Shown here in pieces: positions 21,638 through 32,404 of a stretch of DNA of 64,000 nt (its first letter is position 1; each line of letters starts with the position of its first letter). A program made the translations under genes and the position numbers. The notes below the pieces were generated by a model. It was not told the DNA's origin, made no database searches, and worked only from the letters and a program-made list of their open reading frames with translations. The DNA is from an uncultured Acidobacteriota bacterium (GTDB lineage Bacteria > Acidobacteriota > Blastocatellia > RBC074), in NCBI GenBank assembly GCA_963796275.1, contig CAWCKY010000007.1, positions 576,001-640,000 of the forward strand, in the 5' to 3' direction.

Positions 21638-23986
21638 TCACATCAGGCGTTCACGCAAAAACGAAAATACCCTCGTATAGGCGCGGCGTGCGATATTTGG
21701 CCAACCATCGCCCGGCAGGATGACAGGGAAGTTCTTGGTGCCGGGTTGATTCCACGAATTGTCCCAGCCGCTGCCATCCCAAAACAGATCCACGTTCATG
21801 GCGCCGATCTCTTTCACCAATCCGCCCGGATCACGGCCATTGCCGTCGAACTTGTTGCCGAAAATTCGATTGCCTTCCGGGACGGAGCCGACGTCGAAAG
21901 TCTTCCCTCCGGGAAAGGCAAGCGCCAATCCGACGACGGCGATTCCCAAGCTGTTGTTGCCCCGAATAACATTCTCGGTAACTTCGGTGCGATCCGCGGC
22001 CATTATCAACATGCCAGTGCCGGGGACCACTCGCCCCACTATCGAATTGGGATCGCCAAAATTCGGATGGTTGTTGTTGACGATGCGGTTGCGCACTACG
22101 CGCGTATCGCTGCCGACTTTTGATGGATTGTTTGGCAAAAGGAAAACAAGGATGCCGCCTGTGTTGTCGTGTACGTAGTTATTCTCGACCAGCGCGTTGA
22201 CGGAGTTTTCGATTTCGATGCCGGTGACATTGTTGTAAGCCTCATTGTTGCGTACAACGATGTCGCTCGATTGACCGACGTATATTCCGGCATCCTTGAT
22301 TCCGGTGACACGACAGTTTTCGATGAGCACGCCCTTGCATTCGACCGGATAAACCCCGTACAGCCCTGCATTATTAACCTCCAGGGCGCGGAACGTCGCG
22401 TTCGTACCCCCGTGAACGGTGATCCCATTATTGACATAGTCTTTGATCGCCAGACCCTCAATCGTGAAATTGTGGCTCGATGTAATGACGGCGTCGGTCA
22501 ACCTGTTCAGCCCGTCCAGCGTGGGTTTCTCTCCATTCACGCGCAGGCCCCGGATAGTGATGTTGTCGACGTCGACCAGCAATGATTCGTGATAGCTGCC
22601 GGGTAGAATTTCGATCGTGTCGCCGGCGATCGTGCGATCGATGACTGACTGAATCGATTCGCCCGGTTTGATGCGCCAGGTTGCCGGCTGACGTTGTTCT
22701 CTCCGATTTCGCGCCAGCTCAGCATTCACCGGACGGGGTTGGACTATCGCAGTAATTTTTATCCGCTCAACTACGGGTAATCCGGAAGGCACGCGCGCGG
22801 GAAATGCGGGCTTTTTCGTTTCATCGGTCAAGGCGTGCAGAAAGGCGATAATCGCTTTCTTCTCCTGGGGGCTGAGTATGAAACGGCGGATCTTATCATC
22901 GAGGTTCGGGAGGGCCATATCGAAACTCAGACCCCCGCCGACCGAATAGAAGGATAGGACCTCTTCGAGCGTCTGGAATCGTCCGTTGTGCATATAAGGC
23001 GCGGTCAGGGCGATGTTCCGCAACGTCGGAACTTTGAAGGCATGTTTGTACGGCTCGCCGCCAACCACCTCAGCGCGCCCAATGTCTCCTGTTTGTCCCG
23101 GTATTCCCGGTTGCCCCGATTGCACCGGCAGAGGTGGCACGCCGATCACTTTAAAATCCGGATTGGCGAAGGTGGGAAAACCGTGACATTCAAAGCAGCG
23201 GGTCTTGAGCGAGCGAAAGAGTGTCAGGCCATGCCGCTGTTCCGCAGTGAGCGCGGTCGCATCGCCAGCCGCGTAACGGTCGAATGGCGAGTTATTGCTG
23301 ATGATCGTTCTTTCAAACGCCGCGACGGCATTGGTCACATTATCAAAATTGACTGCCGAACCGCCGCTGCCGCCGAATGCCTTGTCGAACATCTGCGAAT
23401 ATTCGGGAATTGCCTTCAGTTCGCTGACCAGATCATCAGGGTTCTGGTTCATCTCGTCCGCTGAAGTGATCGGCGAACGCGCCTGGTGCTCCAGGTCATC
23501 GGCGCGGCCGTCCCAAAATAGTTTGTGTGAGAATGCTGCGTTCCAAATGGTAGGTGAGCCGCGTTTGATTTGCTTGCCGCCCATCCTATCGGGGCCGATG
23601 CCCTTGCCGCCTTTGCCCATCGCTAAATTGCGGCCGTCGCTGAAACCCAGGTCGGGATGATGGCAGGTCGCACAGGACTGTGTGTTATCACCCGACAGAA
23701 CAGGGTCGAAGTATAGCAATCGACCGAGCTCGGCTTTCTCCGGCGTATTGGGGTTATGCGCGCGCTGGTTCATCTCCGGGAATGGGCGGCGCAGCCCCCC
23801 GCTGCCCGGATTGCCGTTGGTTGCGCTCCCGGAAGGTATATCCGGGGAAAATGGGATCATTCCTATAACGAGTATTGCGATTACGATTATTCCCAGCGTC
23901 GCAATGAAAAGCATCAGAATGCGGCGCGCCCAGTTGTTTGGTGAAATGGCGGGGTTGGAGTTGAGAACATCGCTGGTATCGTCCAT
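21638..23986 (-). CDS. Membrane-anchored di-heme cytochrome c peroxidase (CCP/MauG family) fused to a parallel beta-helix domain
   Basis: TM segment; [48 protein letters not shown]-half [32 protein letters not shown]. Confidence 0.9.
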   Translation of the reverse strand: MDDTSDVLNSNPAISPNNWARRILMLFIATLGIIVIAILVIGMIPFSPDIPSGSATNGNPGSGGLRRPFPEMNQRAHNPNTPEKAELGRLLYFDPVLSGDNTQSCATCHHPDLGFSDGRNLAMGKGGKGIGPDRMGGKQIKRGSPTIWNAAFSHKLFWDGRADDLEHQARSPITSADEMNQNPDDLVSELKAIPEYSQMFDKAFGGSGGSAVNFDNVTNAVAAFERTIISNNSPFDRYAAGDATALTAEQRHGLTLFRSLKTRCFECHGFPTFANPDFKVIGVPPLPVQSGQPGIPGQTGDIGRAEVVGGEPYKHAFKVPTLRNIALTAPYMHNGRFQTLEEVLSFYSVGGGLSFDMALPNLDDKIRRFILSPQEKKAIIAFLHALTDETKKPAFPARVPSGLPVVERIKITAIVQPRPVNAELARNRREQRQPATWRIKPGESIQSVIDRTIAGDTIEILPGSYHESLLVDVDNITIRGLRVNGEKPTLDGLNRLTDAVITSSHNFTIEGLAIKDYVNNGITVHGGTNATFRALEVNNAGLYGVYPVECKGVLIENCRVTGIKDAGIYVGQSSDIVVRNNEAYNNVTGIEIENSVNALVENNYVHDNTGGILVFLLPNNPSKVGSDTRVVRNRIVNNNHPNFGDPNSIVGRVVPGTGMLIMAADRTEVTENVIRGNNSLGIAVVGLALAFPGGKTFDVGSVPEGNRIFGNKFDGNGRDPGGLVKEIGAMNVDLFWDGSGWDNSWNQPGTKNFPVILPGDGWPNIARRAYTRVFSFLRERLM

Positions 23987-24262
23987 CGTTGTATTCTCCC
24001 CTGAAGATTGTCTGGATTTTACAGGACTATCCAGAATTTACCGCGATCCTGTAATTCTCGATTATCTCTTAAATCATCTCTCGTGTGTCTAAATATATTC
24101 AAAACGTTAGGATGTATATATTTTCATTACCGGCCGTGTCAATTCGTACTTTGGTGTGTTGACTCGCTTGTGATGTTAGAATTATTCTGATTTTGCCTAA
24201 GGTTCTATAGATAAAATGGATCATCAGAATAGGAGAATCTGATATGAGTATCTGATATTAGT

Positions 24263-24673
24263 TTGAAAACGACATTGATAGCCGTGCTGCTTGCAGCCAC
24301 AGTAGTAGTAGTCGCAGCGCAGAAGAAGGCGGCGAATAATTCGCCCGACAACGGCCAACCCAGGCTGGCTATGGATTCGTTCGAACACTCGTTCGGAACG
24401 GTCAAAGCAGGGACGCCATTGAAACATACATTCAAGGTCAAAAACGATGGCAAAGCCCCTCTCGCAATAACTAACGTCAGCCCCGCGTGCGGCTGCACTA
24501 CGACCAATTATGATAAAGCGATTGAGCCCGGACAAACGGGGGGGATCACTCTGGAGATCGATAAGACGGAAAGCTATAAAGGTGAGGTGGTGAAGACCGC
24601 CGAAGTTACCACCAATGATCCGAATAAGACGAGATTCACACTAGTTCTCCGTGCCAATGTCACTGCCAAGTGA
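24263..24673 (+). CDS. DUF1573 Ig-like secreted protein
   Basis: HSFGTV…HTFKVKNDG…PACGCT motif; start uncertain (ATG at 24244 with SD is out of frame by one base). Confidence 0.85.
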   Translation: MKTTLIAVLLAATVVVVAAQKKAANNSPDNGQPRLAMDSFEHSFGTVKAGTPLKHTFKVKNDGKAPLAITNVSPACGCTTTNYDKAIEPGQTGGITLEIDKTESYKGEVVKTAEVTTNDPNKTRFTLVLRANVTAK

Positions 24674-24714
24674 GCTCATTCATTACTTTTTCTTCGAGGG
24701 ACAAAACGAATTCT

Positions 24715-25185
24715 ATGCTAAGACGATTGATCACCATAACTGTTACAAGTTTAATTTTCCCCGCCGGCCTCTTGATTTCGGCGTGCAGCGGTAACAGCGC
24801 TCATAATCATCAGGGACATGTATCTCCGACACCTGGCAGCGCTTCTGCTCCCGCGATGGCGAAAAGGGTTCCGGCCTACTTTAAAGAACCGCCGGATATA
24901 AAACTGCTGCCAGCTACCTTGTCTCCCGCCATGTTCAGCGGTCAAACCAGGGAAGCATATCAGATAGCGCAAGATATTCCGGAAACTCTGGCTCAACTGC
25001 CGTGTTTCTGTTATTGCGATTATTCAGTCGGTCACAAGAGTCTTCACAGCTGTTTCGAGGATGAACACTCGGTCGGATGCGCACTGTGTCAGGATAGCGC
25101 GATGATGGCTAAAGAGCTCAAGGACGATGGCCTCAACATCGAACAGATCCGTGAAAAGTTGATCGCCAAATACAACAAGCACTAA
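24715..25185 (+). CDS. PCYCGC-motif lipoprotein
   Basis: Lipobox LISAC; His-rich segment; LPCFCYCD…GHKSLHSCF…HSVGCALC. Confidence 0.85.
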   Translation: MLRRLITITVTSLIFPAGLLISACSGNSAHNHQGHVSPTPGSASAPAMAKRVPAYFKEPPDIKLLPATLSPAMFSGQTREAYQIAQDIPETLAQLPCFCYCDYSVGHKSLHSCFEDEHSVGCALCQDSAMMAKELKDDGLNIEQIREKLIAKYNKH

Positions 25186-25673
25186 GGTCGTCTGGTCACC
25201 CAGAGGACAGCCAGTACGGCATAAAGGGCCATTCCAATCCAGCGCAATGGCCCTTCTACGAAAACTACGGTGGCATTGAAGATAATGATGAGCAGGAATA
25301 CGTGCCATGCCACCGTCAGGATATTTGGGCGACGTCGAAAGTTCTCCGGCAACAGCCACCACCAGGCTACATCCACCACCCAGGCGAGCATCACCGCATA
25401 GTTAATGTACATCCCGCCGCCCCAGTAGATTCCGAATACTTTGGCCGTTTGACGGGCGGTTTCGCGATAGACCGAGTACTGGCTCCAACCGTGATAGTGG
25501 TGGAGTGCGAGCGCGACATGGACGAGAAGACTGAGGCAGCCCGCAGTCCAAATCAGTCTTGCTGCAGATTCCCATTTCCATTTTTTGTCGGCGATGAAAT
25601 ATGCCGTCGCGAGGTAATATGCGGCGAGCGTAAACCAGATGGTGATTCGTGTCAGAAATTCGCCCCTGTTCAT
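25182..25673 (-). CDS. Hypothetical membrane protein
   Basis: 4-5 hydrophobic segments; start overlaps the stop of the upstream oxygenase. Confidence 0.75.
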   Translation of the reverse strand: MNRGEFLTRITIWFTLAAYYLATAYFIADKKWKWESAARLIWTAGCLSLLVHVALALHHYHGWSQYSVYRETARQTAKVFGIYWGGGMYINYAVMLAWVVDVAWWWLLPENFRRRPNILTVAWHVFLLIIIFNATVVFVEGPLRWIGMALYAVLAVLWVTRRP

Positions 25674-26677
25674 TATAAAATCTTCTTCTTCAGGTCGGGG
25701 AAAACTTGGGAGACCTTACTAAGCAGATAATCTCCGTATGTTCCCATGGATCCATGCACGCTGGCGTGGTCCCAGCGGTCTTCCTCGTCGTCATGTGATG
25801 ACCGGCACAGATCGATGGGTTTCACTTCAACATTGAAGTTCGGGTCGAAGAAAAATGGGAAGGAGAGGCGATTTCTATGAGAGAGGTTTCTTACGCGATG
25901 AGGGGTTGAGCGATAAAACCCGCCTGTCATGCGATCAAGCATATCTCCTATATTACAGACAAGAGACCCGGGTACTGGCGGGGCATCAATCCAACCCGAT
26001 TTCGCTTTAATCTGCAGCCCGCCCGACTCGTCTTGTTGCAAGATGGTGAGAATGCCATAGTCAGTGTGTTCTCCAACACCCCATGAATACTTATCGTCGG
26101 CCTTTTCGGGAAATGGCGGATAATTGAAGATGCGGAATAGTGTCAACGGGTCTGAAGTGTAACGATCAGCGAAATAACTTTCTTCGAGATCGAGGCTGAG
26201 GGCGATGCCGGCCATCAATCGGTGGCCGAGTGTCGTCATAGCGTCCATATAATTCAACACGGTTTCGCGGAATTCCGGGAGCTTGGCGGGGAAAAGATTC
26301 CGACCGTGCATCGGGGCGCCGGCTTTGACCATGGGGTGATCATCCGGCAACTCCGCCCCGAAATAGATGCCCTCCTTCAGATCGGGGTTACCCGACGTCA
26401 ATTCTCCGCCGACCGGGAAATATCCGCGCCACGCGCGGCCGCCCAGAGACATTTTGATTTCGAGTTTGGTCTCCAGGTCCTGTGAGAAAAACTGCCGGCT
26501 CAGGCTTCCCAATCGTTGCTGCAACTCCTCGCCGATACCATGGCCGGTGATATAGAAAAAACCGTATTCGCGGCAGGCCCGACCGATGTGGTCAGATGCC
26601 TCGCGCACTTCGCCGGATCCGCAGGCGAGAGCAGTGATGTCGATAACAGGTAATTGTGAATGCCTTTCGCTCATCAA
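25673..26677 (-). CDS. 2OG-Fe(II) oxygenase, isopenicillin N synthase-like
   Basis: GFFYITGHGI, HTDYG (HxD), STPHRV, RLSFPFF. Confidence 0.92.
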   Translation of the reverse strand: MMSERHSQLPVIDITALACGSGEVREASDHIGRACREYGFFYITGHGIGEELQQRLGSLSRQFFSQDLETKLEIKMSLGGRAWRGYFPVGGELTSGNPDLKEGIYFGAELPDDHPMVKAGAPMHGRNLFPAKLPEFRETVLNYMDAMTTLGHRLMAGIALSLDLEESYFADRYTSDPLTLFRIFNYPPFPEKADDKYSWGVGEHTDYGILTILQQDESGGLQIKAKSGWIDAPPVPGSLVCNIGDMLDRMTGGFYRSTPHRVRNLSHRNRLSFPFFFDPNFNVEVKPIDLCRSSHDDEEDRWDHASVHGSMGTYGDYLLSKVSQVFPDLKKKIL

Positions 26678-26798
26678 ATCCGTGACGGAATTCTAAACCA
26701 GGTCGATTTGCAGTAAAATCCATTCCAACTGCAATACTCTGACTGAATCAGGTATAACACGAGCGATCATCCAATAAAGGGAATTAAGGAGAGCCTAC

Positions 26799-27650
26799 AT
26801 GAAATTGATCAGCAACTCACTCCTGATCGGATTTGTTTTGTCTTTCATCCCGGGCGATGTTTTCGGGCAGGTTGCGGCGGACCAGTCCGCGGAGTTGCGC
26901 GGCGGCAAGGGGTTCATCGCCACGCGCGTCTACTCGTTTGAAGATGACAAAAAGATTCTCGCGCTCTTCGATGGCCTGCGCGTCGCCGATGTATCGGACG
27001 GGATGGACAAGGCTGGACTGCACAGCACGGGGCTAATGAGCTCCGATATACGACCTCTCTGGAAGGACACGATCAACTATGCGCACCGCTTTATCGGAAT
27101 TGCGGTCACGGCGCGTTACGTGCCGTCGCAAAACCCTCCGGCGGGCAAAATGAGCCCGCCGGAGTTCGATAAGTGGGAAGGCGCGTGGTATTCGCAGAAA
27201 TCGAGCGAGCCGTTCATCCCCTTGCTGCGCGAAGGTTCGGCGCTCGTCATCGAAGAGGCCGGCGAAGCCGATGTCGGTTCGATCGGCTCGAACAATATCC
27301 TGGCGTGGAAAGCGCGCGGGATGGTCGGAGTGGTGACGAGCAACACGGCGCGCGATACGGACGAGATCATTGCGCAGAAAGTCCCGCTCTACTTTCAGAA
27401 GCCGGGGCGGGGCATTCGACCCGGCCGCAACGAGATCGAATCGGTCAACCGGCCGATCGTTTGCGGAGGCGCGCTGGTCAAACCGGGAGACGTGATCGTG
27501 GCTGATGGCGACGGCGTGATCGTGGTGCCGCGCGCACACGCCGAGGATGTCGCGCGCTTCGCCCGGATGGTCATCGATAATGATAAGGCGGCGCGCACGA
27601 AACTTTACGAAAAACTGGGTATGCCGAAGGATAAATCAGTCAACCAGTAA
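26799..27650 (+). CDS. RraA/HMG-aldolase family protein with signal peptide
   Basis: ADVSDGMD, GIAVTARY, ARDTDE, VKPGDVIVADGDGVIVVP. Confidence 0.85.
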   Translation: MKLISNSLLIGFVLSFIPGDVFGQVAADQSAELRGGKGFIATRVYSFEDDKKILALFDGLRVADVSDGMDKAGLHSTGLMSSDIRPLWKDTINYAHRFIGIAVTARYVPSQNPPAGKMSPPEFDKWEGAWYSQKSSEPFIPLLREGSALVIEEAGEADVGSIGSNNILAWKARGMVGVVTSNTARDTDEIIAQKVPLYFQKPGRGIRPGRNEIESVNRPIVCGGALVKPGDVIVADGDGVIVVPRAHAEDVARFARMVIDNDKAARTKLYEKLGMPKDKSVNQ

Positions 27651-27666
27651 TAATGTGGAGGAAGCC

Positions 27667-29250
27667 ATGAACCTGCCAACATCGAGAAGATCGTTTCTCA
27701 AAACCAGTGCGAGCGCCGGTGCGCTGATCGGATTGGGAGATCTTTCATTCTTATCGCAATTGCCCCCGGTTGCGCGCGCGGACGCTCAATTGACTTCCAG
27801 GGCCGTCCGATTGAATCCTGAAATCGAGCCGCTGGTACGCTTGCTCGAAGATACACCGCGCGATCGATTGCTTGAGGTAGTAGCCGAACGAATCATGCGG
27901 GATGCACGGGGCAACCGGGGCAACGGGGGCAACCGGGGCAACGGGAGCAAAAAAACCAACGTGGGCGACGAAGGGCTGGAGTATCGAGAATTGCTGGCGG
28001 CACTGTTGTTAGCCGGAATACGCAACATTCAACCGCGGCCGGTCGGTTTCAAATTTCACGCAGTGCTCGTCGTCAATTCGGCGCATCTGGCCAGTATAGC
28101 CAGCCCCGATTCTGACCGATGGCTGCCGATCTTCTGGGCCCTCGATCATTTCAAGGAATCCCAGGCTCGCGATGTGCGAGAGGGAGATTGGACGATGAGC
28201 CCGGTCAACGAGTCTGCCGTTCCCGGGCCGACCAAAGCCCGTCAAGCATTTATCGAGGCGATGGACAAGTGGGATGTACCGGCGGCCGATGCAGCCGTGG
28301 CGGGGCTGGTTCGCAGCGCAAGCGCGCAGGAATTGTTCGAGATATTTTGCCGCTACGGCGCGCGTGACTTCCGGGATATCGGTCACAAGGCCATCTATGT
28401 GGCGAATGGGTGGCGCACTCTGCAACACATCGGCTGGCAGCACGCGGAGGTGGTTTTTCGTTCGCTCGCTTATGCGCTCCTCTATCACGAAGGCGGGAAT
28501 CCGGCGAGCCGGGATGCTGCGCCCGATCGCCCGTGGCGGCGCAACCAGTCGAAGGCCGCGAATATTCGCGGGCGCTTGCAGCAGGGCAAACCAGACGCAG
28601 CGGCGACCGCGGAATTGTTGGCGACTTTGCGCCAGGCTACCGACGAAGAGGCGTGCGATAAAGTGGTAGACCAGCTCAATCGCGGCGTAGGGACGCAACC
28701 TATCTGGGATGCTTTTTTCCTGGGATCCGGCGAATTGCTCATGCGACAGCCGGGGATCGTATCGCTGCACGCGGTAACCTCGACCAACGCGCTATATTTC
28801 GCATATCGAAACAGCACTGATGACGGGACCAGGAAGATGTTATTGCTGCAGAACGCCGCCTTCCTCACGCTATTCCGCGGAGATCCGGCGGGCGACAATG
28901 CCGTCAAGATAGATATATTCGAACCGGCACCGCTCAAAGCCAGAGATCAGGCGATGAACGAGATTTTTGCGGATGTGAGCAATGACAGGATGGTCGCCGC
29001 CCGCAAAATGCTGTCACATCTCAGCGAAACCTCACATCCGGAGACGCTGATCGACAGTGCCAGGCGTCTGATATTTCTCAAAGGAAATAACGCGCACGAT
29101 TACAAGTACAGCTCGGCTGTTCTGGAAGATTACTATAACGTTTCCGATATCTGGCGTAACCGTTTCCTGGCGTCCAGCGCCTTCAACCTGCGCGGGTCCG
29201 GCAGTCCGGATAATGAACTGGTCAAACGGACGCGTGCGGCATTGCTGTAA
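27667..29250 (+). CDS. Tat-exported hypothetical alpha-helical protein
   Basis: SRRSFLK Tat motif after GAGGA SD; His motifs KFHAVL, IGHKAI, SLHAVT, NAHDYK. Confidence 0.8.
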   Translation: MNLPTSRRSFLKTSASAGALIGLGDLSFLSQLPPVARADAQLTSRAVRLNPEIEPLVRLLEDTPRDRLLEVVAERIMRDARGNRGNGGNRGNGSKKTNVGDEGLEYRELLAALLLAGIRNIQPRPVGFKFHAVLVVNSAHLASIASPDSDRWLPIFWALDHFKESQARDVREGDWTMSPVNESAVPGPTKARQAFIEAMDKWDVPAADAAVAGLVRSASAQELFEIFCRYGARDFRDIGHKAIYVANGWRTLQHIGWQHAEVVFRSLAYALLYHEGGNPASRDAAPDRPWRRNQSKAANIRGRLQQGKPDAAATAELLATLRQATDEEACDKVVDQLNRGVGTQPIWDAFFLGSGELLMRQPGIVSLHAVTSTNALYFAYRNSTDDGTRKMLLLQNAAFLTLFRGDPAGDNAVKIDIFEPAPLKARDQAMNEIFADVSNDRMVAARKMLSHLSETSHPETLIDSARRLIFLKGNNAHDYKYSSAVLEDYYNVSDIWRNRFLASSAFNLRGSGSPDNELVKRTRAALL

Positions 29251-29331
29251 AGAGATTACGAAAGAAGGAGTCAAGGGGCGGAATTCGGGGACGAATAAAC
29301 ACTTGCGAAATTCTCCTGACATTCGCCTTCA

Positions 29332-32190
29332 TTAAATCATTGCTTCTCGCAAGACCTCAGCCGGGTGTTTAGCGCGCCGGCCGGTCAGATGCTCGATCTG
29401 CTGGCGGCACGAGATGCCTGGCGCGACGATCTCGGCGTTCGCCGGTTGCGCTAGAACGGCAGGCGCCAGGCGCCGCTTGCCCAGGTTGACGGAAATGTCG
29501 TAGTGCTCTTTCTCGAAACCGAAAGAACCAGCCATTCCGCAACATCCCGAATCGACTTCGATCACCTCGAAGTTGGCCCATTTCAGCGCCGCGACAGTCG
29601 GAGCTGTGCCTACCATCGCTTTCTGGTGACAATGACCGTGGAGCAGCGCTTGCCGCCGGTCTTCTTTAAATGCCAGAGCTAGTCCATCGGTTTTCTCCCT
29701 CAGGAGGAATTCTTCGAGCAGAAAGCTTGATCGAGCTACTTTCCTGGCATCATCGGTTCGCAGCATTTCCACCGACTCATCGCGTAGCGTGAGCAGGCAG
29801 GATGGTTCGAGCCCGACGACCGCGATGTCGCGTTCGACCCAAGGGATGAGCCGCGCCACGTTCCAGGCGGCATGCTCTTTGGCTTCGCTTAGCATACCTT
29901 TGGAGATGAGCGGTCGGCCGCAGCACTTCTTGTTCACCAACTCAACGCGATATCCAGCTGACTCTAAAAGCTCGACGGCGGCGCGTCCGATCTCGGGCGC
30001 GTTATAGGTAACGAACGTATCGTGAAAGAGAACCACCGCTCCGCGCGGCGCCGCTTTCAAACGCTTCCGGGCATAGAACCATGTTGTGAAAGATTCGTTC
30101 GCGAATGGCGGGAGCGGGCGACGGCAGTCGATGCCGAGAAGTTGATCCATGAGCCAACGATTGAGCCGGGATGAAGCGATTCTGTTCGAAACCGGTGCAA
30201 ACTTCGAACCGATCTGCGAAAGCCTGGCAATGCGCCCGAATATCCGGTTCCGCAGCGGTAGTCCGTGTACACGGTGATAGTGATGGAGGAACTCATATTT
30301 CAGCTTCGCCATATCCACATTGGCAGGGCATTCGGACTTGCACGCCTTGCATTCGAGGCAGAGGTCCATGACTTCGTAGAGCCGGCGGCTGGTGAAGTCG
30401 GAGGCGGGAAGATGGCCGGAGAGCACCGCGCGCAGCGCATTGGCGCGACCGCGGGTGGAATGTTCTTCGTCTTTCGTCGCCATGTATGAAGGGCACATCG
30501 TCCCTTCGAGCGTTTTTCGGCAAACGCCGGCGCCGTTGCACATTTCGACCGATGCGGCGAATCCACCCTGTTTGGAAAAGTCGAGCAAGGTGACGGGCTC
30601 CCACGTCTTGTATTCTGGGCCATACCTCAGGTGTTCCGTGAGAGGCGGACTGTCAACGATATTCCCCGGGTTCATCAAATTTTTCGGGTCGAAGGCCCGC
30701 TTCAATTCGCGAAATGCTTCGAGAATCGTCGATCCATACACACGCTCCAGATAGGGGCTGCGCGCCCGGCCGTCTCCATGCTCGCTCGAGATCGCTCCGC
30801 CGAACTCCATCACCAGGTCGGTAATCTCATCGGCGATCGCTTTCACCTGTGCGAGCGACTTTTGTGTTTTGAGGTTTATCATCGGCCGGATGTGTAGACA
30901 CCCGACCGAGCAATGGCCATAGTAGGCGCCATCGGTTCCATGCTTGGACATGATCTCGCGGAAACGAGGTACGAAGACCGGAAGATGCTTCGGATCGACC
31001 GCCGTATCTTCGACGAACGCGATGGGCTTGGCATCGCCCTTGATGCCCATCAACAGCCCGAGGCCCGCTTTGCGAAGCTTCCAGATAGCTCGTTGTTCAT
31101 CCGGGTCATACGCTATGTGAGCGGCGTAGCCGAACCGGCGTCTGGCACGCAGCGACTCGAGCGCTTCGACTTTGCCCCTGACCTCAGCATCGCTCTCGCC
31201 TGCATATTCGACGCCCAGAATAACGGCCGGGTCTCCCTGAATGAATCCCATGCGCTGTGAAATCTCGAAATTGGCGCGAGCCAGGTCGAGGATCATCTTG
31301 TCGGTCATTTCGACCGAGTACGGCCCGGTCTCTAGAATGTCTTGCGATGATTCGAGAGCCTCCTGAATGTCCTGATAATGCACGACGACCAAGGCTGTCT
31401 TCTTCGGCCGTTCGACCACTCGCACCTTCGCTTCGACGACATTGAGCAGCGTTCCTTCGGAGCCGACGACCAAGCGCGCCATGTTGAGCGGCCGGTCCTT
31501 CACGAGTTCATCGAGATTGTATCCGCATACGCGCCGCCAGTACGTGGGATAACGGGCGAGAATCTCATCGCGGTAGATATTCTTGATGTGCGCCACTCTT
31601 CGGTAGATTTCACCTTCCAGGCCGGAGAGCTTCATCTTCTCCGCCAATGATTGGGGCGTGACCTCGCCAAAGACCGCTTTGCTCCCGTCGGCCAGAATCG
31701 CCGTCAATTCGAGGACGTGGTCTATCGTGAGGCCGTAGGCGATCGAATGAGAACCTCCGGAATTATTGCCGATCATTCCACCGAGCGTCGCGCGACTTGA
31801 CGTCGATGTGTCGGGACCGAAAAGCAGCCCCATCGGGCGCAGATGTTGATTGAGTTCATCCTGGACAAGGCCGGGCTGAACCCTAGCCCATAGCTCTTCC
31901 CGATTGACCTCGATCACCTGGTTGAGATGTGCCGAATAGTCGATGATGACCGCATAATTGACCGTTTGACCGGTCAGCGAGGTTCCGCCGCCGCGCGGCA
32001 ACACGGGAACATCCCATCGATTGGCGACTTCGAGGACTGCCTGTACATCATCGGTATGGCGAGGTATGACGACGCCGATCGGTTCTACCTGATACATAGA
32101 GGCGTCAGTTGAGTAGAGCAGCCGTGAATAGGTGTCGAAGCGGATATCACCTTTAACGACACGCCGTAGTTCTCGTTTGAGGTCTGTCAT
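29332..32190 (-). CDS. FAD-binding/Fe-S D-2-hydroxyacid (lactate/glycolate) dehydrogenase-like oxidoreductase
   Basis: PRGGGTSLTGQ, EHGDG, CNGAGVC, CLECKACKSECP, CCG domains. Confidence 0.92.
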   Translation of the reverse strand: MTDLKRELRRVVKGDIRFDTYSRLLYSTDASMYQVEPIGVVIPRHTDDVQAVLEVANRWDVPVLPRGGGTSLTGQTVNYAVIIDYSAHLNQVIEVNREELWARVQPGLVQDELNQHLRPMGLLFGPDTSTSSRATLGGMIGNNSGGSHSIAYGLTIDHVLELTAILADGSKAVFGEVTPQSLAEKMKLSGLEGEIYRRVAHIKNIYRDEILARYPTYWRRVCGYNLDELVKDRPLNMARLVVGSEGTLLNVVEAKVRVVERPKKTALVVVHYQDIQEALESSQDILETGPYSVEMTDKMILDLARANFEISQRMGFIQGDPAVILGVEYAGESDAEVRGKVEALESLRARRRFGYAAHIAYDPDEQRAIWKLRKAGLGLLMGIKGDAKPIAFVEDTAVDPKHLPVFVPRFREIMSKHGTDGAYYGHCSVGCLHIRPMINLKTQKSLAQVKAIADEITDLVMEFGGAISSEHGDGRARSPYLERVYGSTILEAFRELKRAFDPKNLMNPGNIVDSPPLTEHLRYGPEYKTWEPVTLLDFSKQGGFAASVEMCNGAGVCRKTLEGTMCPSYMATKDEEHSTRGRANALRAVLSGHLPASDFTSRRLYEVMDLCLECKACKSECPANVDMAKLKYEFLHHYHRVHGLPLRNRIFGRIARLSQIGSKFAPVSNRIASSRLNRWLMDQLLGIDCRRPLPPFANESFTTWFYARKRLKAAPRGAVVLFHDTFVTYNAPEIGRAAVELLESAGYRVELVNKKCCGRPLISKGMLSEAKEHAAWNVARLIPWVERDIAVVGLEPSCLLTLRDESVEMLRTDDARKVARSSFLLEEFLLREKTDGLALAFKEDRRQALLHGHCHQKAMVGTAPTVAALKWANFEVIEVDSGCCGMAGSFGFEKEHYDISVNLGKRRLAPAVLAQPANAEIVAPGISCRQQIEHLTGRRAKHPAEVLREAMI

Positions 32191-32404
32191 ATTACGAATC
32201 CTATCCTGAGGCTGGTGTGATGAAAAGTACGGAGATTTGATTTCGCTTGAAATCCGGCGGTAGAGACAGATATATGAGTTCAAAATTACAAATTTAATTT
32301 GAATTCTCAGATATGCATCGCCGGCCGGTTTTAGTATCCATCGATGTGAAATCCGCTATAATCTGGGGCGTCTTAATCAATTTGCGTGGGGAAGAGGAGC
32401 ATGA

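Noticed and set aside
25673-26677. Beta-lactam biosynthesis (IPNS)
   Set aside because: Generic 2OG-Fe(II) oxygenase; no NRPS/ACV synthetase in the window.
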